In this document: positions 35,011 through 47,553 of the stretch, piece after piece | Layout: each line of letters opens with the position of its first letter | Numbering within the stretch: position 1 is the first letter of the stretch | NCBI GenBank assembly: GCA_950097015.1 | Contig: CATNEN010000007.1 | Coordinates: 1 to 64,000 of the forward strand | Reading direction: 5' to 3' | DNA: 64,000 nt | DNA from: Macrostomum hystrix | Taxonomy: Eukaryota > Animalia > Platyhelminthes | Translations under genes and position numbers: made by a program | The notes under the pieces: model-generated | The model's input: the letters and a program-made list of their open reading frames with translations, nothing else | Databases searched by the model: none | What the model was told of the DNA's origin: nothing

Positions 35011-35424
35011 GGTTCCCACTGCGATTCAAGGCAGAATGTAGGGCGGGTGAAGGAAAAAAATACTTCAATTTGTTCACCCGATAAGTACTCTGCAGGTTCA
35101 CAAGGCTGTTAAGTGCATACTTCGACGTAAATAGAAGTCCTCTCACGTGACTCATTTCATCCCATCCCAAATAGATAACACTGAGACACGCGCATTGCAC
35201 AGCTTTTAGTCGTCCCCACTAAGCCTGGTTTTCTCAAACTCTCCAAACCTCTTCTGCAAGCTTCTATTCGCTATTACGAGTTATTGAGACTAAATTTCGA
35301 TTGAGATCATTCCTACTTCATAGACTTCAAGGCCTCTCATTTTACGATTGTCTCACCTCTTTTTATTACGAAGATCAATAATTTTTCCCACTTCTTTTTC
35401 CTCTCTTATCTTTCCTAACTCTTC

Positions 35425-35865
35425 CTATCCCATCTCTCCCTCACTTTCCTCTCCCATCTCTCCCTCACTTTCCTCTCCCATCTCTCCCTCACTTTCCTCT
35501 CCCATCTCTCCCTCACTTTCCTCTCCCATCTCTCCCTAACTTTCCTCTCCCATCTCTTCCTCACTTTCCTCTCCCATCTTCCTCACTTTCCCCTCCCATC
35601 TCTCCCCCACTTTCCTCTCCCATCTTACTCACTTTCCTCTCCCATCTTCCTCACTTTCCTCTCCCATCTCTCCCTCACTTTCCTCTCCCATCTTCCTCAC
35701 TTTCCTCTCCCATCTCTTCCTCACTTTCCTCTCCCATCTCTTCCTCACTTTCCTCTCCCATCTTCCTCACTTTCCTCTCCCATCTTCCTCACTTTCTTCT
35801 CCCATCTCTCCCTCACTTTCCTCTCCCATCTCTCCCTCACTTTCCTCTCCCATCTCTCCCTCACC
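35425..35865. repeat. ~24-bp CT-rich minisatellite (CTCACTTTCCTCTCCCATCTCTCC)n
   Basis: Direct inspection. Confidence 0.92.
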
Positions 35866-36543
35866 TTCTTACCGATCTTGTCTGTCCTTCGCCAGTTGAT
35901 GATCCAACACTCGCGTGTCAATGGTGAAGCAAACAAGCTGAAACTTTGTCGCGCAGTTGCCGGGCAAAGTCTATTTTTCAGCGGTCCTCTCAGCGCCTCT
36001 GCACCGTTAATTCTATCCCCAGTTAGCCCCAGTGGCGCTTTAGAAACTGGTTTGCAGTGTTCGCCAGGACCCAAGCACTGTGATTGGCTAGCGTGGTGAA
36101 GGAGAGAGTTTTGACAAGAACTAAAAATTGGATTGGCAGCGGAGCAGGGGATAGGAGCAGCAATGACAGATGAGAGAGAAATATCCAACTGCATGTTAGA
36201 CCTGTGAATTTGTATTTCGCTGTCTCCGGGCGCTGTGTCTGAAAGCCAAATAAGGAGGGGCTAGGGAGTGTCTACCTGTCAGCAATCGTTCCCAAGCGAT
36301 GTCCTAAATATTTTATCATTTTATCCCCAATATTTTATTGCCGTTGTTTGCCTCGGAGCCAAAAGCACCCACCCCACTCCACGTCGGGCCATTGTGAGCA
36401 GCGGCAATGAAACGATGCTCATTATCATTTGAACAATTCATAGCTGCCAATTGATTATGCTATTCTGCATGCTTTCTGAATTTCGTTTTATGAACCTCTG
36501 GCTTTGATATTTCTTCCTCTGTATTAATATGCTTCTTATCCCA

Positions 36544-38481
36544 TAATCTACCTCTCTCATCGCTAATCTACCTCTCTCATCGTTAATCTACCTCTTTCAT
36601 CGTTAATCTACCTCTCTCATCGTTAATCTACCTCTCTCATCGTTAATCTACCTCTTTCATCGTTAATCTACCTCTCTCATCGTTAATCTACCTCTCTCAT
36701 CGCTAATCTACCTCTCTCATCGCTAATCTACCTCTCTCATCGCTAATCTACCTCTCTCATCGTTAATCTACCTCTCTCATCGTTAATCTACCTCTCTCAT
36801 CGCTAATCTACCTCTCTCATCGCTAATCTACCTCTCTCATCGTTAATCTACCTCTCTCATCGTTAATCTACCTCTCTCATCATTAATCTACCTTTCTCAT
36901 CGTTAATATACATTTCTCATCGTTAATCTACCTTTCTCATCGTTAATCTACCTCTCTCATCATTAATCTACCTTTCTCATCGTTAATCTACATTTCTCAT
37001 CGTTAATCTACCTCTCTCATCATTAATCTACCTTTCTCATCGTTAACCTACCGTTCTCATCGTTAATCTATCTTTCTCACCGTTATCTACCTCTCTTATC
37101 GTTAATCTACCCCTACTCTCATAGTTAATATACATTTCTCATCGTTAATCTTCTATTCTCATCGTTATTCTACCTTTCTCGTCGTTAACCTACCTTTCTC
37201 ATCGTTAATCTACCTCTCTCATCTTTAATCTACCTTTCTCGTCGTTAATCTAGTTTTCTCATAGTTAATCTTCCTTTCTCATCGTTATTCTACCTTTCTC
37301 GTCGTTAATCTACCTCTCTCATCTTTAATCTACCTTTCTCGTCGTTAATCTAGTTTTCTCATAGTTAATCTTCCTTTCTCATCGTTAATCTACCTCTCTC
37401 ATCGCTAATCTACCTCTCTCATCGTTAATCCACCTTTCTCATCGTTAATCTATCTTTCTCACCGTTATCTACCTCTCTTATCGTTAATCTACCCCTACTC
37501 TCATAGTTAATATACATTTCTCATCGTTAATCTTCTATTCTCATTGTTAATCTTCCTTTCTTTCTTATCGTTAATCTAGTTTTCTCATCGTTAATCTACC
37601 ACTCGCTTCGTTAATCCACCTTTCTCATCGTTAATCTACCACTCTCTTCTTTAATCCACCTTTCTCATCGTTAATCTTCTATTCTCATCGTTATTCTACC
37701 TTTCTCGTCGTTAACCTACCTTTCTCATCGTTAATCGACCTCTCTCATCTTTAATCTACCTTTCTCGTCGTTAATCTAGTTTTCTCATAGTTAATCTTCC
37801 TTTCTCATCGTTATTCTACCTTTCTCGTCGTTAATCTACCTCTCTCATCTTTAATCTACCTTTCTCGTCGTTAATCTAGTTTTCTCATAGTTAATCTTCC
37901 TTTCTCATCGTTAATCTACCTCTCTCATCGCTAATCTACCTCTCTCATCGTTAATCCACCTTTCTCATCGTTAATCTATCTTTCTCACCGTTATCTACCT
38001 CTCTTATCGTTAATCTACCCCTACTCTCATAGTTAATATACATTTCTCATCGTTAATCTTCTATTCTCATTGTTAATCTTCCTTTCTTTCTTATCGTTAA
38101 TCTAGTTTTCTCATCGTTAATCTACCACTCGCTTCGTTAATCCACCTTTCTCATCGTTAATCTACCACTCTCTTCTTTAATCCACCTTTCTCATCGTTAA
38201 TCTTCTATTCTCATCGTTATTCTACCTTTCTCGTCGTTAACCTACCTTTCTCATCGTTAATCGACCTCTCTCATCTTTAATCCACCTTTCTCATCGTTAA
38301 TCCACCTTTCTCATCGTTAATCTACCTTTCTCGTCGTTAATCCACCTTTCTCGTCGTTAATCTAGTTTTCTCATCGTTAATCTATCTTTCTCACCGTTAT
38401 CTACCTCTCTTATCGTTATTCTACCCCTACTCTCATAGTTAATCTACATTTCTCATCGTTAATCTAGTTTTCTCATCGTTA
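36544..38481. repeat. 20-bp minisatellite (ATCGTTAATCTACCTCTCTC)n with higher-order duplications
   Basis: Direct inspection; the right half is more diverged and contains duplicated variant blocks. Confidence 0.95.
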
Positions 38482-39383
38482 AGCGAAACATTTTCTCCCA
38501 GTCCATCGAACTACTTTCAACTTCCTCTACCCAAGCACCTATTCCACCTGTACAACAGATGAGTACAACTCTTCAATGCCAATTCAGAGCTCATACAGAT
38601 AGTATTAAGCAGCCAAAATGCAGCCATAGAGTGAAGGTGTGTCACAAGTAGCAGAACAATCCCCCTAAGGCAATCACCCCTTAACGAAGCAGTTTTTTTC
38701 TGCATGGGGAGAATCAAAGTCTAAAATAGCTGCTCCTGACATATTCTGAAAGCGCCAGACTTCCCAGTGCGTGACTGGCTGGCTATATTTAAACTGTTCC
38801 GCGTCAGAACCAGGCCTTGACGGAGGAGAAAGCAGAGTGGATTTTTTTGGAAGGCTTGGGGGAAATAGTGGCGGGGAAATGGGGACGGGAATGGACAAAA
38901 GTGCATTGATGCCATTCTCTGGATAAGAAAGCTCCAGTTACAAGCGAGGAGAAAATGAAAAAACCGTGGCCTCTGTTTTATTATTCTGAGCAACAATGCC
39001 GGCCAAGCGGGTGAAGCCAAAGCAGCCTCTAAACTATTTTATTTTTTTCGACGAAAAAAGACATGCCAATAAAAATTGCGCAAAGCTGAAAGACTAACAT
39101 AAAAATGTCCCGCTTTTAGCGCGATATTGCCCGAATGCAAGCTAGCAGGGATTGTATTGTGAGGCTGCTTCACACTCAGCAACCTAGGTAGACTAGTACT
39201 GCTCAATTTGGGCCCGGCAACTGGATACGGGCAGACAAGGCAGTGGGAAAATGAAGGGAGGAGGGGTAGAAGGAAAGGATGAGGATAGGGGAAGAAAGGA
39301 GGATGGTGCGATGGGAAAAATTGAGAATGGTGGGAGAGGAAAATAGGGGATGGGCGGGAAGGTAAGGATTGTGGATGGGGCTA

Positions 39384-40300
39384 AGATTTGAGGATGGGGA
39401 GAGTGGGAGATTTGAGAATGGGGAGAGTGGGAGATTTGAGGATGGGAGAGTGGGAGATTTGAGGATCGGGAGAGTGGGAGATTTGAGGATGGGGATAGTG
39501 GGAGATTTGAGGATGGGGATAGTGGGAGATTTGAGGATGGGGAGAGTGGGAGATTTGAGGATGAGGAGATTGGGAGATTTGAGGATGGGGAGAGTGGGAG
39601 ATTGGAGATAAGGGAGAGTGGGAGATTTGAGGATGGGGAGAGTGGGAGATTCGAGGATGGGGAGAGTGGGAGATTTGAGGATGGGGAAAGTGGGAGATTT
39701 GAGGATGGGAGAGTGGGAGATTTGAGGATGGGCAGAGTGGAGGATGGGGGAGAGTGGGAGATTTGAGGATGGGAGAGTGGGAGATTTGAGGATGGGGAGA
39801 GTGGGAGATTTGAAGATGGGGAGCGTGGGAGATTTGAGGATGGGGATAGTGGGAGATTTGAGGATGGGGATAGTGGGAGATTTGAGGATGGGGATAGTGG
39901 GAGATTTGAGGATGGGGAGAGTGGGAGATTTGAGGATGAGGAGATTGGGAGATTTGAGGATGGGGAGAGTGGGAGATTGGAGATAAGGGAGAGTGGGAGA
40001 TTTGAGGATGGGGAGAGTGGGAGATTCGAGGATGGGGAGAGTGGGAGATTTGAGGATGGGGAAAGTGGGAGATTTGAGGATGGGAGAGTGGGAGATTTGA
40101 GGATGGGCAGAGTGGAGGATGGGGGAGAGTGGGAGATTTGAGGATGGGAGAGTGGGAGATTTGAGGATGGGGAGAGTGGGAGATTTGAAGATGGGGAGCG
40201 TGGGAGATTTGAGGATGGGGAGAGTGGGAGATTTGAAAATGGGGAGCGTGGGAGATTTGAGCATCTGGATAGGGGAGAGGGGGAGAGTTGGGGATTTGAG
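39384..40300. repeat. 24-bp purine-rich minisatellite (GGGAGATTTGAGGATGGGGAGAGT)n with a 375-bp higher-order period
   Basis: Direct inspection; equivalent pseudo-ORF starts at 39369, 39744 and 40119. Confidence 0.95.
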
Positions 40301-40617
40301 GAGGAGAGAGAAATAGGCAGAGAAGAATAAGAGAAGAATTAAGAACATATGGAAGGCGATAGAAACTAGAAAACTATAAATTAGGAAGCTAATTGCGTAG
40401 ATACATTAAGAGAAGTGTAAACGATAGTGTAAAATATTCGTTGGTTATTAATAAAGGTACAGTAAACAATTAGAGATTGGAGATTAATTAAAATGAGTAA
40501 AGTGACATCCCAAATCAAGTACGCGACTGTTTAAGCTATTGTAACCGTGTTTTGTTGAGTCAATTGAGTGTTGCGTCATCCTTTAATTTATCCCCTAAGT
40601 GAATTGTGATCAAATGA

Positions 40618-43365
40618 TCAAAGGTGCGACTCCACGGTTGAAATAGTCGATATGACGCAGCAGTTACAGCCGCTGCCTATCTCGCCTATGGGCCGCTGTC
40701 CTGCCGATCTGTTGCGCGACGCAACAAAGTCCGCGTAGAGAGCGCGCACAATCTCGCCGGTTACGATGTGGCCGCAATTCAGTCGGATCATCCACACAAA
40801 GAACAGGCCGTCGATGCGGATAAAGTCGGATTCGAATTCGTTTAGGTTTTCCTGCGTGCGGTTTTATGAGTGAAGACATGTACACTGAGGCAAGGGTAGG
40901 AAGGGAAAGGAATCACTGGCTCCATTTACAAATGTACACTGAGGCAAGGGAAGGAAAGGAAAAGACTCGCTGGCTCCATGTACAAATGTACAAAGGGGCA
41001 AGGGAAGGAAAGGAAAATAATCGCTGGCTCCATGTACAAATGTACAAAGGGGCAAGGGAAGGAAAGGAAAAGACTCGCTGGCTCCATGTACAAATGTACA
41101 CTGAGGCAAGGGAAGGAAAGGAAAAGACTCGCTGGCTCCATGTACAAATGTACAAAGGGGCAAGGGAAGGAAAGGAAAAGACTCGCTGGCTCCATGTACA
41201 AATGTACAAAGGGGCAAGGGAAGGAAAGGAAAAGACTCGCTGGCTCCATGTACAAATGTACAAAGGGGCAAGGGAAGGAAAGGAAAAGACTCGCTGGCTC
41301 CATGTACAAATGTACACTGAGGCAAGGGAAGGAAAGGAAAATACTCGCTGGCTCCATGTACAAATGTACACTGAGGCAAGGGAAGGAAAGGAAAATAATC
41401 GCTGGCTCCATGTACAAATGTACACTAAGATCAGAGAAGAAAAGCAATCGGGGGTGGAGCCAGCCTGTGCCTACAAACCTCATTTTGTACGTTTTCCTGA
41501 TAGCCACAGCCCTTGATGAGTGACCGTAGGCACTCGCGCCGACTGCAGGCCAGTGTGAATCTGCGCAGCCAGGTCAGAACGCTGGTGGCACTGACCACGG
41601 TCGCAATCGTAAAGTAGAACCACAGGATGATGTAGACCTTCTCAGTGAAGATGTTCGAACTCATGGTGCAGTAGGTTGTGGCGCTATTAACACTCGTGAG
41701 ATCCTGATATGACAGGTGACACACTCCGAGCCTAGATAAACATAGATTATAGATGACTGTGGAGCATTGTAACAGACCAGCGGTTAGAAGAAAGGAGAGC
41801 TGGAAAGCAGCAGAACTGAGGATGTCGGGAACTGGGAATAAGGAGAGGGAGGAGTCGAGAAAAAAATGGGTAAAATAAAAGAATGGAATTTTAAAAGAAT
41901 GGAAGAAGGGAAAGAATTAAAGATGGGAGAGGGGAAGAATCGATAATGGGGAGAGGGGAAGAATTGATGATGTGGAGAGGGGAAGAATTGATGATGGGGA
42001 GAGGGGAAGAATTGATGATGGGGAGAGGGGAAGAATTGATGATGGGACGAGGGGAAGAATTAGGGAATAAGAAGGATAGGGTAGAAGAGTGGAATGGGAA
42101 AGGGGAGTGCAGTATAACAGTCGGTGCATCTGTCTCACCTGGGCAGCACCATGGTAACTTCCCAGTCGAGTCCCGTGGTGATGTTTCTCAACAGGTCAGC
42201 TCCAAAGGACAGCGAGTCGAAGCCGAGAAACTTTCTCATGAGCTCCAGCTGCAGCACCAGTACAGTCAAGCCGACTAGCTTTGTTGCCAGGTACATGACG
42301 AAGGTGTAGTTACCGAAGCGCTTGCTAACTGGGCACCATGGCAACCGCCGGTGCAGTGCCGTCGCCCAGTCCACCAGTTTGCCGCGCCGGTATTCGCGCG
42401 TAGCTAACAGCAGGTCCTTGAGGCAGCTGGTCAGCTCGCCGACTCTCTCAGCCCGCTTGCCCGGCGGCAGAAGCGATGCCTCTCTAGCCGAAGCGGCGAT
42501 GAAGGCCAGGTGAGAGGCCGGCCGGCTGAAGCAGAGCAAGTCGAACAGGGCCTTCGGTAGGTAGGAGAGTAGAGCTTGGATGCCAAGCAGCAGGGGCACC
42601 CACAGGTAGTAGCCTGCGGTGTTCATTTAAAACAGCGTGGTCGCTTCAGTTCTCAACGATTCTCAATTTATATCGACAACCTGTCCATCTCACCTGTTCA
42701 TTTCTGCTGTACTCTCAGTCTATCACACATTCGCTCTAACTATCCCTCATTTCACTCGTTATCCTAATTTATCCCATTATCCTCATCAGCTCCTTATCCT
42801 CAAATCTTCTCCATATCCCTCGTTTCACTCCTTATCCTCATTTCTCTCCTTATCCACCATGACTCTCCTTATCCCCCATTTCTCTTCTTATCCCCATTTA
42901 TCTCCTTATCCCCATTTCTCTCCTTATCCCCATTTCTCTTGATCCTCAATTTCTCTCCTTATCCCCATTTCTCTCCTTATCCCCATTTCTCTCCTTATCC
43001 CCATTTCTCTTAATCTTCAATTTCTCCTCACAATCCCACTCACGAATGACAATGTGGTTCTTTCTGAGCCATTGTTCATTCACATAGGGCAGTTCGTCGG
43101 TCATGCGGAGCGGGTAGACGCCGGTCACCCAGCAGTAGCTCTCGATCATCTGAGCGTCCATCATGGTCAGTGGCGTGAACGGCTTGTGCAGCAGCATGCA
43201 GGATATGGGCTTGGTGAAGTACTCCTTGGCGCCGATGACCAGACTGCTGACCAGCAGAACAATGCCGCTTAGAAGGAATGTGACCCGATCGCCAAAGTCC
43301 AGCAAAGCGGCTGGTGCCAGCAGGCCGGAGCTGCGAACATAGTCGAAGAATTTGAAGATCGTCAT
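40618..43365 (-). CDS. inx: Innexin (gap-junction/hemichannel protein), 427 aa
   Basis: Exons 43365-43044, 42613-42139, 41731-41479, 40851-40618; 1284 nt open. Motifs DFGDR, KPISC, ESYCW, IR|YYLWVP, LPR|LGVC...YC...NIFTEKVY, FIRIDGLFFVWMI. Confidence 0.93.
40878..41428. repeat. 54-bp minisatellite in innexin intron 3, ~10 units
   Basis: Unit GTACAAATGTACACTGAGGCAAGGGAAGGAAAGGAAAAGACTCGCTGGCTCCAT. Confidence 0.95.
41935..42065. repeat. 24-bp repeat (ATGGGGAGAGGGGAAGAATTGATG)n in innexin intron 2
   Basis: Direct inspection, ~5 units. Confidence 0.85.
42860..43030. repeat. 18-bp repeat (TCTCCTTATCCCCATTTC)n in innexin intron 1
   Basis: Direct inspection. Confidence 0.85.
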
Positions 43366-43906
43366 TAGCGTGAGTCAAGACCGGCTGGTCTTCTCCAGCC
43401 AGAGATCGGATCATTAGTTTAAATAAAATGAACCCAGGTGGCATACAGAGAACATGTAGCCGAGCACGCGTTCGTTTGTAGCGCTAAATGTTTTTTTGAA
43501 GCGATACATCGAAAATAATTATTCCCATCCAAGTAAATTTCAGTTTTCCGCCCTCTGTGCTTTTACAGGAATTCGGTAGAGTTTTAGCTTAGGCAAACAT
43601 TGCGCACTATTCGGTACAATTTTGTTTAACAGAGCAGCACGACTGGCACTTGGCAGTCCAACAGTGCGCACAGCGCTGGGTGGAGGGAACAAGTAGGCTG
43701 GGTCCATTTGACTGCTCACGGCCGAGCTCGGGGGGAGGGAGGGCAGAACGGCACCGAAGGAGAGAGAAGAAATGCAGCGAGAGACTCAGATAAGAGAACA
43801 AATGAAAAGCATGACAGAAAGGACTGTCTGGGCTAGGCAAAACAAGTTGCCATAAATTTCTGAAACAGGAAAACTCGGCAAAAGCGCCAGCAGCGAAAGC
43901 GGCAAG

Positions 43907-46125
43907 ATGCAGCTAGCACAGCAGCCGAAGCAGCAGCCAAATGTGGTATCGAAACTAGTCGGAAAAATCAAAGACGAAGCCAGCTCACTGAAACAGCGAC
44001 TGCACAATGGGGCCGCTGCAGAGAGCCCCGCGGCAGCGACAGCTCAGGAGGACGAAGACATTCGCGGAGATGCAGTCAGACAGGCGGCCAAGAGTCACGC
44101 CGCCCTGCTGCGCTTTTGCCAGCCCGGCCTCGGTCGCAGAATCTGCGCCAACTGCCAGGCCGAGGATGACGGCTGCCTTCGCTGGAACCTCGGCCCGCTG
44201 TTTCAGCAGCACAAGCAGCAGCAGGATCCGCAGCAGCAGCAAGATACAATGAGCAGCAGGGAGCAGGGCCGGCTGCTGGCGATGGCCTTCAATCCGATGC
44301 AGCCAGTTGTGCAGCGACTGCACGATCTGGCTAGCGGTGAGGGCGAACTCGGCTTCGACTCCAGCGACGAGACCTATGAGATGATCAACCTGGCCACTGA
44401 GTTTCTGCATGGGCTGTGCACCAATCATCTGGCTCCGATTATGCCTCTGCTGTTCAAGGTGAGCGGCGAGTTCTGCTCTACGCTGATTGGTTAAAAAATC
44501 GTAGATATGAGTGGGGGAGTGAGGTTGTTAGTCTTATTAAGGGCGGAGGGGTAGAGAGTGAATTGACTGGACCAATGAGGAAGGACGCAGAGGGGTAGGG
44601 AATGTGGCTGTCCTAGTAAATGAAAAGTGACGAAGATATGCATACAACCATTTAACCTTTGGCACCATCGGAAGGACTCAAGTGTCACTCTGATTGGCAG
44701 CTGGGCCCTGGAGACGGCCCTCCGTTGCTTCCACCCCACTCTGGATTATGTCATCTCCATGCCAGCGTGGCTGCGGGCCAACAAGCTCTGCGTGTGCGAC
44801 ACGGCCGGCGTCACCCAGACAGTGCTGCGGCCGGCGGCCTCCTCCGGTTGGCTGCCGTTCGAGACCAGCGTGCACCAGGCCCTGGTGTGCGGAGTCGAGC
44901 GAGTCGTGGCCAACACGGCCGCCGCTGTGCTGCAAGACTCTGCTGAGTCGCCGGTGCGCCCGGACTCGAGCCGGCGCATCAGTTGCAACGCCGGCGCCGG
45001 CGACTCCACGCTGGCCTGGCTGCCGAAGAGGGCCAGCCTGCCGGTGCTCTGCCACACCAGCTCCGGGGGGGTGCGCGCCGCCACTCTGCGCCTGTTCTTC
45101 GGCGCCCCCTGCTGCCTGCTGGGCGGCGGCAGCGGAGAGCGCGGCCTGTTTGGCCACCTGCTGCTGGGCTTCAGTCAGCCAAGAATGCTCTGCTTGGCCA
45201 GGTGAGCGTAAAGGACGGAAAATTTTGATTCAGTTGGTGGAATTTCACGAAAACCGGTCATTCGTTTGGGGAGCTGTCGTGAAGAAGGCAGTGGAGTGGG
45301 TATTTGAAATACCCCGAGGTATTTCTCGATGGGTGAAATAGCTTGGTCTTTCAACTGTCAAGAGAGATGCGCGATGAGTGTCTGGGGGCTGAGAGACGGA
45401 GACGGTAAACGGGCTCTCGCAAATCCCAAATTATATTATCGACGAGGCTTGTTGAGCGATTCGCACTTGTGAGGGCCACTAGAAAGTATGTTTACGTCAG
45501 TGGAGCTTGCTGCTGAATGGCGCAGGAGATGATGGTCTGATCATTGACGGGTGCGGTAAGTCCTATCTCTCTCGAATATTCTACTCGCAGGGAGGAGCAG
45601 GCCGCTTTGCTCTCTGGCGCTGACGGACCCGATCATCCTCGACTGCGCATTCTGCGAATCCTGAAATTCCTCCTGACCGTCGGCCAGCAGCTCAGCCTGG
45701 AGAAGAGCGAGATCTCCCGGCCGGACAGTCAGCTCAGCTTCCAGGCGGTCTGCTCGGTGCGCGAGTCTCTGCGCCGATTCGAGTCCGACAACGACGGCAC
45801 CGCCTTCTTCCGGGCAAACTTCTCCCGCAGACTAGAGGAGACAGTCGACCTGCTGCTGGACAAAAGCCGGCCGCTCACCTACTTCGGACCGGACTGGGCG
45901 TTCGCCGGAGTCAGCAAGAGGCCGCTGCCGCCGACAACGCTCAGCCTGCTGGCCTGTATTCGCTCCAAGGGCCGGCAGCAGGAAGCCGACGCCCTGGTGG
46001 ACCTGCTGCTGCAGTACCAGCGAATGAAGGAGGACTCGCCCAACGGCAAGCAGGATAAGCTGCTGGGCAAGATCGACAAGGCAATGAAGGCTCTGCTAGC
46101 CGGGGTCGATGGAAGCTCGAAGTGA
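43907..46125 (+). CDS. Mab-21/cGAS-like nucleotidyltransferase-fold protein with degenerate catalytic motif (~537 aa)
   Basis: Exons 43907-44458, 44675-45201, 45591-46125; 1614 nt open (the exon 2 AAG acceptor is inferred). Motifs LIGSWALET...TLDYVI (hGS...[DE]h[DE]h-like), LLGFS...EE.ALL, RLRILRILKFL, RRLEETVDLLL, LTYFGPDWAF. The gene model is firmer than the family call. Confidence 0.6.
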
Positions 46126-47553
46126 TCTGCGAGGTGGGACTTTTATCGCAGCTGAACTTTTTATGTACTGCTTTCCCTGGTTGCATCTTAATTGATGTTA
46201 GAGATAAAATACAATTGCACAATTGCTTGCACAATGCCATGTACATCTAAATGTAAACTAAAATGTACAACAGAATGTACATCTGAATGTGAAAATGGAT
46301 GTACATTACAGTGTACATAGCAAAGTACGCCAGAAATGTACGTATCAGTGCACAAATGCATTGAGTGCATATTGACGCACTCAATTGCACAGGAATTCAT
46401 AGATAACATCTGTTATCGAACTTCAGGAAGTAATCATCTAAAAACCTTAGGTGCACACAGATGTATATTTTAGTGCAGCCTTTAAGAATGTGCTATTGTA
46501 TCATGTCCTGAATATTCGCTTCAAATGAAGTGTTCCGAACGGAGAACATGCCTTAAATGCTAAGCTTAACACATTCTTACGCTTTGTTGTATCTATCCTA
46601 AAAACTATTTACAAAGCTTCCTTAAAACTGATCATATTTTACGAGTATTAATTGATATTTAGCCTATAGCAAAAACAGAAATGTTATACTATTTATTCCA
46701 CTTTTATCCTATTTTACAATTTCACAATAAATCGAGCATACTACTCAATAGAGGAGCACAGAAGTATCTTCCGCGAGGATAAAAAATGAACTCTTAAGCT
46801 TGAACTCGGTCGTGAAACAGTTTTTGGGTCATTTGCTTTGTCCACAACGGCGTTCCAAAAAGTTGGAAGCTGGGAAATGACAAGCCGGGTGCAAAAATGC
46901 GGACCAACTGGAACACATTTCATAGTTGTAATTGGTTGAATTTTCACTTGCTGCATTGCTTCAAACAGTGAAGGGACTGCGGGAAATGATACAAAATACC
47001 TGATCGTTTCCCAGTTTTTGCAACAGTATTTTGCAACTCCTAAAATATTTAAGCAACTGGGCACAATATGACAAGGAAATATAATTGAATGGACACTGAG
47101 AACAAAATGTATCATATCAAGCTAGGATTTAACGTTACCGAAGATATTAATGGTGCAACGACATGTTATAAAACATTGACACAAACTGACTACATGCTTA
47201 GAATAAGTAGTTCTATGCAGCTTAAATCACAACTAGAATTCTAGGTATAAAATCAGGAAGGGGTGGGTAATCAGCAACCCAGAATGAGTGTTTAACCAGT
47301 GCTTCAATTCACCCATCTGTGAAACGAGCAGCTACTAGTATTCATCACACGGCCTAATTGGGCTAGGTGAAAATATTACTACAGCAAACTAAGAATCAAA
47401 ACAAAAATTTGGTGTACAAATCCTGCTGCAATTATTTGTTAAATAAATATAGCAAAATTTCGATTAACTTTAATAAAATTTTGTTTGCAGCTAAAAAATT
47501 CAACAGATTAAGACAGAAATAGCAAACAAAAAACTGAAATTAACATCACTAGA

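Noticed and set aside
35745-36194. 149-aa minus-strand ORF ending near a GTAAGA donor at ~35870
   Set aside because: No recognisable domain and no in-frame link to the glycosyltransferase established; could be a UTR exon.
45501-45555. Apparent mini-exon (AG|...|GTAAGT) in intron 2 of the Mab-21-like gene
   Set aside because: Its phases do not fit the flanking exons, and inclusion introduces a stop.
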